Source: Gammaproteobacteria bacterium (GTDB lineage: Bacteria; Pseudomonadota; Gammaproteobacteria; Eutrophobiales; Eutrophobiaceae). Taken from it: DNA of 64,000 nt. Numbering within the stretch: position 1 is the stretch's first letter; each line of letters starts with the position of its first letter. Positions 1-9,739 of the stretch are shown piece by piece. The stretch is taken from positions 768,001 to 832,000 of the forward strand of contig CBDCTH010000012.1 of assembly GCA_965222155.1 (NCBI GenBank), read 5' to 3'. The notes beneath the pieces are model-generated. The model was given only the letters and a program-made list of their open reading frames with translations, was not told the DNA's origin and made no database searches. A program made the position numbers and the translations under genes.

Positions 1-805
<805 letters not shown>

Positions 806-827
806 TTAGTTAAGCTGAAAACAGGAA

Positions 828-908
828 ATTTGGGGTCAGAGTAAAAATACTCAACAACAAGCCACTACTACTTGCCAAACTGACTGTATTTTTACTCTGA
901 CCCCAAAT
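828..908. repeat. REP-like inverted doublet, family A (TTTGGGGTCAGAGTAAAA...TTTTACTCTGACCCCAAA)
   Basis: 23-nt perfect inverted arms with a 35-nt spacer. Same motif at 22469, 23685, 49629, and a remnant near 17255. Confidence 0.85.
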
Positions 909-962
909 ATTGACAGCAATCATGTTTCGGATAGCAACAAGCGAATTGGTGAGATATACGGG

Positions 963-2183
963 TTAAGGCAGAAGAGTAAGCCACCGATCCGCTGAGATTA
1001 TCCACTGGGTCATTCCCTGGGCATGGCGCTTTTGACATACGCCGCTTTCATGCAGCAGTTGGACAGCAACGGGCGCCTTGAGCTTCTCCTGGAAATAGAC
1101 AAGGCTCGGCGCAAGTTCTTTTCCGGACACTTTACATTCTATCAGACAGAGGGGGTTTCCTCGGACTGACAGGACAAAATCCACTTCCCGCTTTTCTTTA
1201 TCACGGATGAAGTTCAGGTTGATTATCTTATCTCCCTGTGCTTGCCATAGCTGCACTGCCTTGAACAGGTGCAGCGCGACCAGGTTTTCAAAACGGATAC
1301 TGTCGTTCTCGATTTCAGCCCAGTCGAACAGGTAGACCTTGGCCTCTTTACGCAATGCACGGGCAACGCGGTTCGCAAACGGGGTAATACGAAACAGGTA
1401 AAAAAACTGCTCGAGCAGCACAATCCAATCACGGGCGGTCTCAAAAGCAATGCCAACGTCTTCCCTGAGCGCATTGGTCGAGAGCGGACTGCCGATACGG
1501 TCTGGAATGAGATGGGCCAGGTGCTCCAATAGGGAGATATTCCGAATTGCGCTCGCATCGCGAATGTCTTCCCGAACAAGCAGCGTCTTTCGTTCTGCAA
1601 ACCAAAGGTTATAAAAGTCACTACGCCCTCGACTGAATGGCTCAGGAAACCCGCTGAACTGAAAAAGTTGCTGATAGGCGCTGCGACGCTCCTGAGAGTC
1701 GGCAGGCGGGTCGTTCAAGCCTTGCTTGAAGGCGTCAAACCCGTTTAATTGTCCGCTGAGTTCACCCAGACTCAACGGCAACAACAAAACACTGAAGTAG
1801 CGTCCAAGGAGACTGTCCCCGCCCTTTTTGAAGAGCTCCAACCGGCCGCTACCCGTCACCAGAAATTGAAATTCATCCTTGTACTGATCATACATCCCCT
1901 TCAGGTAATTCTTCCAGCGGGCATACTTATGGATCTCATCGAGGACTACCAGGAAAGGATCGCCGGGCTCACGATTTTCTTTTTCCAGAAAAGCGGGATC
2001 AGTAAGAATTTTTTTTTGATGAGGCAGGGTGTCCCAGTTGAGATACAGGCTTTGGCTGAACTGTCGCTGATAATGTTGTGCCAGTGTTGTTTTGCCGACT
2101 TGGCGCGGGCCACTGACAAAGGCCATTTTGTTGAATTCGGTAATAATCGTATTAACCGGTGTGACCAATGTGCGTTCGATCAT
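963..2183 (-). CDS. AAA-14 family ATPase with C-terminal DUF4143 domain
   Basis: Walker A GPRQVGKTT, Walker B VVLDEIH, TGS motif, GFPEP, and a PD-(D/E)xK-like C-terminus EVDFV...LIECK. Confidence 0.9.
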   Translation of the reverse strand: MIERTLVTPVNTIITEFNKMAFVSGPRQVGKTTLAQHYQRQFSQSLYLNWDTLPHQKKILTDPAFLEKENREPGDPFLVVLDEIHKYARWKNYLKGMYDQYKDEFQFLVTGSGRLELFKKGGDSLLGRYFSVLLLPLSLGELSGQLNGFDAFKQGLNDPPADSQERRSAYQQLFQFSGFPEPFSRGRSDFYNLWFAERKTLLVREDIRDASAIRNISLLEHLAHLIPDRIGSPLSTNALREDVGIAFETARDWIVLLEQFFYLFRITPFANRVARALRKEAKVYLFDWAEIENDSIRFENLVALHLFKAVQLWQAQGDKIINLNFIRDKEKREVDFVLSVRGNPLCLIECKVSGKELAPSLVYFQEKLKAPVAVQLLHESGVCQKRHAQGMTQWIISADRWLTLLP

Positions 2184-2202
2184 TCCTGTATTTTAGATAA
2201 AA

Positions 2203-2230
2203 CTCTAAAAAAGTCACGACTTTTTTAGAG
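2203..2230. promoter_or_regulatory. 28-bp palindrome upstream of the ATPase (candidate operator or terminator)
   Basis: CTCTAAAAAAGTC-AC-GACTTTTTTAGAG, perfect 13-bp arms, about 20 nt upstream of the ATPase start. Confidence 0.5.
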
Positions 2231-2305
2231 AAAACTCGAATTTCTAGCCCCCCGCCCTCGCTCCCAGGAAAATGTACGGGGTTATTGAGAAGTTACTTGA
2301 ATTTA

Positions 2306-3430
2306 TCATATTCCATTGTTTTTTCTGTAAATATCCCGTTTTTCGTCCAGCAGTTTCAGTACCCCTTCTGCTTCACAATACCAGTACATCCAACCATTAC
2401 AGCTTTCAGTATCTTTGAGCAGTCCACCTATTTTATGTATTGAACCAGTACCTACACTATTCTGTATTCTCCCATCAGATAGAACAGTAGCCGAATAGAT
2501 TTTGTCTTTTGAGTAAATACGCTGATTTTCCCTTATATACCTGGCTTCTACAAGCTGCTGCATACTTACACGTTGCAATCTTTTTGGCGGTGGTTCTGTT
2601 AGCCGCATATCTTGAAAGAGGTCTATATTAATAGACTTCAGCCTATTTTCCGCTATTTCCACGTACCGAGGTTCCTGTTCTATACCTATACTTTCTCTAT
2701 TCAATTTTTGCGCAACTGCACAAGTCGTTCCGCTGCCCAGAAACGGGTCCAGGACCGTGTCTCCTTCATTGCTGCTGGACAAGATCACCCGCTGGAGCAT
2801 TGCCTCCGGTTTCTGCGTTGAATGGGCTTTTTTGCCGTGTTCATCTTTGATTCGCTCCCTTCCCGTACAAAGCGGGATTTGCCAGACGGAAGTCATCTGT
2901 TTGCCATTATTAAGTTGTTTCATCACCTGATGGTTGAACGTATATTTTTTTTGCTTCTCTGACTTTTTCGCCCAGATCAGGGTTTCCGTTGCATTGGTGA
3001 ACCGCACTCCCCGGAAGTTGGGCATGGGGTTGGTCTTGTACCACTGCACGTCGTTGAGGATCCAGTAACCCAGGTCCATCATGATCCTGCCCACCCGGAA
3101 TATATTGTGATAGGAGCCGATCACCCAGATCGTGCCGTCATCTGCCAACACTCTCCTGCACGCGTTCAGCCATTGTCGGGTAAATTCATCGTAGCTCTCA
3201 AACGATGAGAACTGATCCCAGATATCGTCAACACCGTCAACCCGGGTCTGATTCGGTCTGAATAACTCCTGCTTGAGTTGCAGGTTGTAAGGAGGGTCGG
3301 CAAAGATGAGCTTGACCGATTTTTGCGCTAGCGTTGGCAGTATATCTATACAGTTACCAGTATAAATCCGATAGTTGGAAGCACTGGTATCAACCTGTGA
3401 ACACGGTGATTTTTCCATTGTGGCACGCAT
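2306..3430 (-). CDS. Beta-class N6-adenine DNA methyltransferase (CcrM/M.HinfI-like) with C-terminal RAMA-like domain, copy 2
   Basis: [57 protein letters not shown]-terminal GSIHKIGG...CNGWMYW resembles the CcrM C-terminus. Confidence 0.9.
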   Translation of the reverse strand: MRATMEKSPCSQVDTSASNYRIYTGNCIDILPTLAQKSVKLIFADPPYNLQLKQELFRPNQTRVDGVDDIWDQFSSFESYDEFTRQWLNACRRVLADDGTIWVIGSYHNIFRVGRIMMDLGYWILNDVQWYKTNPMPNFRGVRFTNATETLIWAKKSEKQKKYTFNHQVMKQLNNGKQMTSVWQIPLCTGRERIKDEHGKKAHSTQKPEAMLQRVILSSSNEGDTVLDPFLGSGTTCAVAQKLNRESIGIEQEPRYVEIAENRLKSINIDLFQDMRLTEPPPKRLQRVSMQQLVEARYIRENQRIYSKDKIYSATVLSDGRIQNSVGTGSIHKIGGLLKDTESCNGWMYWYCEAEGVLKLLDEKRDIYRKNNGI

Positions 3431-3494
3431 GATTCCAGGTGCAGTTTAGCAAAGCAGGGATAGCAGTAAAAGAAGAAAAATAAGTTATCCCCTC

Positions 3495-4400
3495 TCACAC
3501 GGATTTTATTTGTGCAGGAGATGTTCGGTATAGCAGGTCCCTGACAAGCAACTCGGTAATATCGGACGGACACACCGATTGCAGACCTCGCCACGCCGGT
3601 ACACTGTTGACCTCCAATACCTGGTAGTTGCCCTGCGCAGCGCGGATGATGTCAACGCCGCCGTAGAGGATGCCCGTTGCCTTCGAAGCGGCTTCGGCCA
3701 ATCGTCGTAATGCCGGGGTGAGAACAGCTGGCAGGCACTTGCCGCCACGGGCGCGGTTGGTTATCCAGTGATCGGAGATACGTTCCATCGCCGCGACCGC
3801 CCGGTGATTGATGACAAAAACCCGCCAGTCACGACCATTGTGATCGTCCTGGTCGATGAATCGTTGCAGGTAATACACGCCGTTGATAAGGGCTGCGTCC
3901 AGTTGATAATCCTCAGACTCGATCAGTTGCAGACCCCGCCCGCAGTTGCCGAACAGGGGTTTTTGTACGATAGAGTGCCCTTTTTTCAGTTGTGTATGAA
4001 TAACTTCGTGGGCAGCTTCCGCAGTTTCACAGGCCCAGACAGGCGGTGTCGGAACCTGATGTTTAATCAGCAGGAAACTGGTCATGCCTTTGTCTACCGT
4101 GCGTTCGATACTGACGGCGTCGTTATAAACAACGACGCCGGAATGTTTCAATGCGTGCAGGATATCCAACCTGAACGTCACTTCTTCAAAACTTCCCGCG
4201 GCAACGGCCCGTACAAAAACGGCATCCGGCAGAGTATCGGGAAAACCGGGGATGTGCAGCCCCGTCAGGCTTTGTTCAAAACCAATATGGCAATCCCTTA
4301 ACGAGACGACCCGTGTCCGTACCCCATACCGGTTGAATGCGCCAGCCAGTCGCTGCTCGTGCCAGCCGTCATTTTCGGAGAAGATTACGATGTTTTTCAT
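3495..4400 (-). CDS. RimK-family alpha-L-glutamate ligase (Orf5/MyfB/MptN-like)
   Basis: VFVRAVAAGSFEEVTFRL, ERTVDKGMTSFLL, KPLFG, DWRVFV, LEVNSVPAW match the H4MPT-cluster RimK subfamily. Confidence 0.8.
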   Translation of the reverse strand: MKNIVIFSENDGWHEQRLAGAFNRYGVRTRVVSLRDCHIGFEQSLTGLHIPGFPDTLPDAVFVRAVAAGSFEEVTFRLDILHALKHSGVVVYNDAVSIERTVDKGMTSFLLIKHQVPTPPVWACETAEAAHEVIHTQLKKGHSIVQKPLFGNCGRGLQLIESEDYQLDAALINGVYYLQRFIDQDDHNGRDWRVFVINHRAVAAMERISDHWITNRARGGKCLPAVLTPALRRLAEAASKATGILYGGVDIIRAAQGNYQVLEVNSVPAWRGLQSVCPSDITELLVRDLLYRTSPAQIKSV

Positions 4401-4448
4401 TTACTGTCTCTGTATCCCGTTCAGGGTTTGACCCTCATACACAGTATA

Positions 4449-5546
4449 ATGACAAAGTCCATGAAGGTTGAACCACTAATCATCGTCGGCGCCAGCGCCA
4501 GGGCGGCGGCTTATTCCGCATACCGGGCCGGATACACACCGTATTGGCTGGACCAGTTCGGGGATGAAGACCTGCGGCATCGATTCCGGGGGAGGATTAT
4601 ATCCGATTATCCTAAGCAGGCGGTTGAACTGATAGACATGGCGCCGGCTGCGCCTTTTATCTTTACCGGAGCGCTGGAAAACCATCCGGACATTCTGCAA
4701 GAGTTATGCGTTCAACGGACGTTACTGGGAAATATTAAACCGGTTTGCCTCAGGACTCGGGATCCGTTCGGATTATACGAGCTGTTTCAACGGAACCGGA
4801 TACCCTGCCCGGATATACGGACTGGCGCCGGTGGCGCAGCGACCCCCCATGATTGGCTGATTAAACCCATAATGAGTGGCGGCGGTATCGGCATTGGATT
4901 CCATGGAGGTCGAACCGTTAATACGGGTTATTTCCTGCAGCAGTATCTGCCGGGCGAGAGCTTTTCGGCTGTCTTTATCGGTGGCCGGGGTTACTGCCGT
5001 TTATTGGGGGTAACGCGACAATTAGTTGGTGAGCCGGCGTTCTATGCAAGAGAGTTCGGTTATTGCGGCAGTATCGGTCCGATAGACTTGAACGATACCG
5101 ACACCAGACAGTGGAACAGGATTGGAACGGTTGTTACCGAAGAATTCGGATTGAGGGGATTATTCGGCATCGATGCAATCAAACAGGGGGATAAAATATG
5201 TCCCGTTGAGGTCAACCCCAGGTACACCGCATCGGTCGAGGTGCTGGAACTGGCCCTCGGCATCCATACCGTTAAATTCCATTGTCACGCCTGTAGAAAT
5301 CGGTCTGTCAACATTGAGGAGCGAGTGCCCCGCCATTTGATTGGCAAGGCTATTTTGTTTGCGCCTGGAGATTTAGTCTTTGAAGGGTGTAAAACGGATG
5401 GGTTTTCCATCGCAGACATCCCCGCGCAAGGCACGGAAATAAAACAAGGCCATCCGATAACGACCGTCATGGTGACAGGGAACAGTATTTTCGCCATCCG
5501 GGAAAGCCTGGAGAGAGCGGCTGACAGCATTTACGGGCAGCTGTAA
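4449..5546 (+). CDS. ATP-grasp protein (COG2232-like, found in H4MPT C1 clusters)
   Basis: IIVGASARAAAYSA..AGY, DQFGDEDL, KP..SGGG.GI, GLFGIDAI, VEVNPRYTAS. Start moved to ATG 4449 (or 4461) to avoid overlapping the divergent gene. Confidence 0.75.
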   Translation: MTKSMKVEPLIIVGASARAAAYSAYRAGYTPYWLDQFGDEDLRHRFRGRIISDYPKQAVELIDMAPAAPFIFTGALENHPDILQELCVQRTLLGNIKPVCLRTRDPFGLYELFQRNRIPCPDIRTGAGGAATPHDWLIKPIMSGGGIGIGFHGGRTVNTGYFLQQYLPGESFSAVFIGGRGYCRLLGVTRQLVGEPAFYAREFGYCGSIGPIDLNDTDTRQWNRIGTVVTEEFGLRGLFGIDAIKQGDKICPVEVNPRYTASVEVLELALGIHTVKFHCHACRNRSVNIEERVPRHLIGKAILFAPGDLVFEGCKTDGFSIADIPAQGTEIKQGHPITTVMVTGNSIFAIRESLERAADSIYGQL

Positions 5547-5548
5547 AA

Positions 5549-5570
5549 GGGACAGATTTAAACCTGTCGC
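5549..5570. repeat. Degenerate REP-like hairpin, family B
   Basis: GGGACAGATTTAAACCTGTCGC just after the stop codon. Confidence 0.55.
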
Positions 5571-5637
5571 AGTTCTCGGTGTTACGACAGGGTTGTTACT
5601 TTCTGATAAAATGCGATGTTTAACCTGGAGAATGTAA

Positions 5638-6192
5638 TTGGAGCAATTCAGAGGAACAACAATCCTGTCGGTGCGGCGAAACGATAAAGTCGTCATAGGC
5701 GGAGATGGCCAGGTATCGCTTGGCGATACCGTAATGAAGGGCAATGCCAGCAAAATCAGGAAACTTTACCGCGAGCAGGTGCTGGCAGGATTTGCCGGTG
5801 GGACTGCGGATGCGTTCACATTGTTTGAACGCTTCGAGGCCAAACTGGAATCGTACCAGGGCAACCTGGTGCGTTCCGCGGTTGAATTGGCCAAAGACTG
5901 GCGTACGGACAGGATGTTGAGGCGTCTGGAAGCTATGCTGTGCGTCGTAGACAAATCCAATTCGCTTCTTATTTCCGGGAATGGCGACGTGATAGAACCT
6001 GAAACCGGAATCATGGCTATCGGTTCCGGAGGGGCTTATGCCAAGGCCGCCGCGCAGGCGCTGATGGACAACACTGAATTGGATGCGCGCGAAATTGTTG
6101 AGAAGGCTCTGGCCATTGCCGCAGAAATCTGCGTTTATACGAACCGGAACATCACGATTGAGGAACTGCCCGCTGCAGGAGCAAAAAAATAA
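5638..6192 (+). CDS. hslV: ATP-dependent protease peptidase subunit HslV
   Basis: [36 protein letters not shown]; TTG start. Confidence 0.97.
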   Translation: MEQFRGTTILSVRRNDKVVIGGDGQVSLGDTVMKGNASKIRKLYREQVLAGFAGGTADAFTLFERFEAKLESYQGNLVRSAVELAKDWRTDRMLRRLEAMLCVVDKSNSLLISGNGDVIEPETGIMAIGSGGAYAKAAAQALMDNTELDAREIVEKALAIAAEICVYTNRNITIEELPAAGAKK

Positions 6193-7511
6193 TGCAAGAA
6201 CTGACACCGAAACAGATCGTTGCCGAACTGGATAAACATATCATCGGCCAGGACGCGGCTAAACGCGCGGTTGCGATCGCGTTACGCAACCGCTGGCGAC
6301 GCTCCCAGCTCAACGAAGAATTAAGAAATGAAATCACGCCCAAGAACATCCTGATGATCGGCCCCACCGGCGTAGGAAAGACGGAAATAGCGAGGCGTCT
6401 GGCCAAGTTGGCGAATGCCCCTTTTATCAAGATTGAGGCAACGAAGTTTACCGAAGTGGGCTACGTCGGCAGAGACGTCGAATCCATTGTGCGTGACCTG
6501 GCGGACGTCGCGGTAAAGATGACCCGTGAAGAAGAACTGGAAAAAGTGCGGGACCGGGCCAAACTGGCCGCGGAAAACCGGGTGCTGGAAATCATGTTGC
6601 CGGGTCCCAGAACGGGCCCCGAAGAAGAACAAACCAGTTCAACCAGGGAAAAGTTTCGAGAAATGCTGAAAACCGGTGAGTTGAATGACAAGGAAATCGA
6701 GGTGGAGGTGAGTATGCCTGCGATCGGTGTCGAAATCATGGCTCCGCCGGGAATGGAAGAGATGACCAGTCAGTTGCAGGGTATGTTTCAGAGTATGGGC
6801 AGCGAGAAAAAACGCACCAGAAAACTGAGGATCAAGGAGGCGCTCAAGATCCTTGCCGAGGAAGAAGCCGCGAAACTGGTGAACGAGGATGAGATAAAGG
6901 TCAGGGCATTGGAGAACGTGGAACAGAACGGTCTGGTTTTCCTGGACGAGATTGACAAGGTGACGCGCCGCGCCGAGGTCAGCGGCGCGGATGTTTCCAG
7001 GGAAGGTGTACAACGTGATTTACTACCGCTGGTGGAAGGCTCCACGGTGACCACCCGCTACGGTATGGTCAAAACCGACCATATCCTGTTTATTGCCTCC
7101 GGCGCGTTTCATTTTTCCAAACCTTCCGACCTGATACCCGAACTGCAGGGGCGGCTGCCGATCCGGGTGGAACTCGATGCACTGGGCGTGGCTGAGTTCA
7201 GCCGCATCCTGGTCGAACCCGATGCATCATTGACACAGCAATATTCAGCGCTTATGCAAACCGAACAGGTTGACCTGTCATTTTCCGAAGACGGTATTGC
7301 CCGTATTGCCGAAATAGCCTGGCAGGTCAATGAGTCCACCGAAAATATCGGCGCCCGTCGGTTGCACACGGTCATGGAACGTCTGCTTGAAACCTTATCC
7401 TTTGACGCGCCCGACCAGGGGGAAAAGTCGGTCAATATCGATGCTCAATACGTGGCCGAGCACCTGGATGACCTGATCAAGGATGAGGATTTAACCAGAT
7501 ATATTCTCTAA
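6192..7511 (+). CDS. hslU: ATP-dependent protease ATPase subunit HslU
   Basis: [33 protein letters not shown]-terminal DLTRYIL. Confidence 0.98.
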   Translation: MQELTPKQIVAELDKHIIGQDAAKRAVAIALRNRWRRSQLNEELRNEITPKNILMIGPTGVGKTEIARRLAKLANAPFIKIEATKFTEVGYVGRDVESIVRDLADVAVKMTREEELEKVRDRAKLAAENRVLEIMLPGPRTGPEEEQTSSTREKFREMLKTGELNDKEIEVEVSMPAIGVEIMAPPGMEEMTSQLQGMFQSMGSEKKRTRKLRIKEALKILAEEEAAKLVNEDEIKVRALENVEQNGLVFLDEIDKVTRRAEVSGADVSREGVQRDLLPLVEGSTVTTRYGMVKTDHILFIASGAFHFSKPSDLIPELQGRLPIRVELDALGVAEFSRILVEPDASLTQQYSALMQTEQVDLSFSEDGIARIAEIAWQVNESTENIGARRLHTVMERLLETLSFDAPDQGEKSVNIDAQYVAEHLDDLIKDEDLTRYIL

Positions 7512-7523
7512 CCGGTTAGCGGA

Positions 7524-7895
7524 ATGCCTAGAGCAACAGAAACAGCCACCACGAGGCCGATATCCGTCAGTCTGAAGAAAAAGTCGCGTCAGTTAGTACT
7601 GGAGTACGAAGACGGGAAAAGTTTCAGCTTGAGTTGCGAGCTGCTACGGGTTTATTCACCCTCTGCCGAAGTACGCGGGCATGGTCCGGGTCAGGAGATA
7701 TTACAGACGGGCAAGGAAAATGTGAATATCGACGCGATTGAGCCTATGGGAAGTTATGCGCTGAAGCTGTGTTTTGATGACGGCCATGCTTCCGGCATTT
7801 ATACCTGGGATTATCTTTATCAACTGGGAGCGAATCGGGAGCGACACTGGCAGTCATACCTGGCGGCGTTGGAAAAAGCTGGTTATAAAAGATAG
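7524..7895 (+). CDS. DUF971 (gamma-butyrobetaine hydroxylase N-terminal-like) protein
   Basis: ELLRVYSPSAEVRGHGPGQ, FDDGH.SGIYTW; typical position between hslU and ubiE. Confidence 0.9.
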   Translation: MPRATETATTRPISVSLKKKSRQLVLEYEDGKSFSLSCELLRVYSPSAEVRGHGPGQEILQTGKENVNIDAIEPMGSYALKLCFDDGHASGIYTWDYLYQLGANRERHWQSYLAALEKAGYKR

Positions 7896-8043
7896 CCCGG
7901 ATATTGCACCAGCGTAAAAAAGACAAGTGAGGGCGCATCCAGCGTAGTTTGCAACTTTGATAGAAGTGGTAAAGTTTGAATAACTCATTAACAGCATAGG
8001 ACTTTCCGTCTATGACAAGCGAACTGGTGCAATATCCGGGCTA
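7893..8043. mobile_element. MITE-like element with TAGCCCGGAT terminal inverted repeats (family M)
   Basis: TAGCCCGGATATTGCACCAG ... CTGGTGCAATATCCGGGCTA (20-bp TIR). Its TAG is the DUF971 stop codon. Confidence 0.75.
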
Positions 8044-8048
8044 TTACA

Positions 8049-8783
8049 ATGAGCCGTCCGGTTGATTTTGGTTACCAGAGAGTCTCGCCGGAAGAGAAAA
8101 CCCGGCGTGTGGACGAGGTCTTCAGCTCGGTTGCATTGCGCTATGACCTGATGAATGACCTGATGTCCTTCGGTATTCACAGGTTGTGGAAGTGCTTATG
8201 TAGTCATCTCGCCTGCTTGAGACCCGGTTCAACAGTCCTGGATGTAGCATCCGGGACGGGCGATCTGGCTGCTTTGTTGAAACAGGCAGGTTACGGCGTC
8301 GTCCTGTGCGACATTAACGAGGCCATGTTGAAATGCGGCAGGGATAAGCTGGTGGATAGGGGACTCATCAACGATATACACTGCGTACGCGCAGATGCGC
8401 AACAGCTCCCTTTTGCAGACAACAGCTTTGATTGTGTTACCCTTGCCTTCGGGTTGCGCAACATGACCGACAAGATGGCAGCGCTGCGCTCCATTCACGC
8501 CAAGCTGAAATACGGCAGCCCGGTTATTATCCTGGAGTTTTCCCGGGTGACTTCGGACTTGCTAAGACAAATTTATGATAAGTATTCGTTTCACGCGATC
8601 CCCGCCCTGGGAAAACTGGTCGTGAAAGACCCTGACAGTTATCAATACCTGGTCGAGTCGATCCGGATGCACCCTGACCAGGAAACCCTGAAAACCATGC
8701 TGCAGGATGCCGGATTTTCCCGGGTTGACTACCTGAATTTGTCTGACGGTATAGTCGCCCTGCATAAGGGGTATAAGTTATGA
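8049..8783 (+). CDS. ubiE: Ubiquinone/menaquinone C-methyltransferase UbiE
   Basis: YDLMNDLMSFGIHRLWK, VLDVASGTGD, YLVESIRMHPDQETL. Confidence 0.95.
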   Translation: MSRPVDFGYQRVSPEEKTRRVDEVFSSVALRYDLMNDLMSFGIHRLWKCLCSHLACLRPGSTVLDVASGTGDLAALLKQAGYGVVLCDINEAMLKCGRDKLVDRGLINDIHCVRADAQQLPFADNSFDCVTLAFGLRNMTDKMAALRSIHAKLKYGSPVIILEFSRVTSDLLRQIYDKYSFHAIPALGKLVVKDPDSYQYLVESIRMHPDQETLKTMLQDAGFSRVDYLNLSDGIVALHKGYKL

Positions 8784-8819
8784 AAACTACGAAGTATCAT
8801 CATCGCGGTCTTCGAAAAC

Positions 8820-8920
8820 GGGTTCATGCAAGGTTTTCAGGACTCGCTGTGAATACGTCCATGTACGCTTACCAGCCGCTATCCTTGCGGCTGATAGTCC
8901 TGAAAACCTTACATGAACCC
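8820..8920. repeat. 101-bp hairpin element with 25-bp inverted ends
   Basis: GGGTTCATGCAAGGTTTTCAGGACT ... AGTCCTGAAAACCTTACATGAACCC, with an inner hairpin. Confidence 0.75.
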
Positions 8921-8977
8921 TTCGGTTGGCGGTTTGTTCACGGTTTTTTGTGTCCCCGGTAGTTTCGGAGCATCTTT

Positions 8978-9583
8978 TTGAAACCACTGGAACACCTGGT
9001 TAATCGGTTGTTGTCCCTGGACCGGGAAACTCTTGAAGAGCTGGCCGGGTTGTCGGGCAAGGTGGTGCAGGTAGAATTAATCAATACGACGCAGCCCGTC
9101 GTAAGCCTGATAATTGAAGAACAAGGCATTCAGGTTGATACGGATTATGCGGGAACGGGGGACGTCCTGATCCGGGGCACGCCACTTGACCTGCTGGTCT
9201 ATATGCGTTCATCCGGAGAGAGCAGGGTGGCCGTTACGGGAAATATGGAGATAAAGGGAGACCTGGGTCTGGCACAGGATATCCAACGTCTGCTGCACAG
9301 GCTTGAGATTGATTGGGAAGAACAGGCAGCGCGACTGGTTGGTGATACCCTGGCAAGGAAAGCATCCAATATCGCCAGGGCGGGCGTTGATTTTTTACGG
9401 CAGTTGAAAAATAAAATTGAGATGGATCTGAGTGAATACGCCTTGTACGAAACGGAAGTATTGCCTGACCGGGATGAAGTCGAGCGCTTCAATCATTCTG
9501 TGGATGTATTGCGCGATGATCTTGAACGCCTGAAGCAGCGATATTACAGGATATCCGCAGATGACGCAGATGAGCGCAGATAA
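8978..9583 (+). CDS. ubiJ: Ubiquinone biosynthesis accessory factor UbiJ (SCP2 domain)
   Basis: NRLLSLD, I.GD..LAQ, LEIDWEE, LRDDLERL; lies between ubiE and ubiB. Confidence 0.88.
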   Translation: MKPLEHLVNRLLSLDRETLEELAGLSGKVVQVELINTTQPVVSLIIEEQGIQVDTDYAGTGDVLIRGTPLDLLVYMRSSGESRVAVTGNMEIKGDLGLAQDIQRLLHRLEIDWEEQAARLVGDTLARKASNIARAGVDFLRQLKNKIEMDLSEYALYETEVLPDRDEVERFNHSVDVLRDDLERLKQRYYRISADDADERR

Positions 9584-9713
9584 AATACTATCGTCATTCC
9601 AGCGCATGCTGGAATCCAGTCGAAAACATTATTCCTTATTGATGAGGAAGATCTGGTTTAGTGGATTCCTGCTCCCGGTAATAACTTTGAAGGGTAAGCT
9701 TCGCATGAATAAC
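9553..9713. repeat. CGCAGAT triple repeat (family D) followed by a GTCATTCC-type REP pair (family C)
   Basis: ATCCGCAGATGACGCAGATGAGCGCAGAT, then CGTCATTCCAGCGCATGCTGGAATCCAG and a degenerate partner TGGATTCCTGC... Confidence 0.7.
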
Positions 9714-9739
9714 AGCAGGCACTAGTGTAATCAAGGTCA

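Noticed and set aside
4428-4450. Sigma70 promoter TTGACC...TATAAT between the ATP-grasp genes
   Set aside because: The spacing is only 11 bp, incompatible with a canonical -35/-10 pair.
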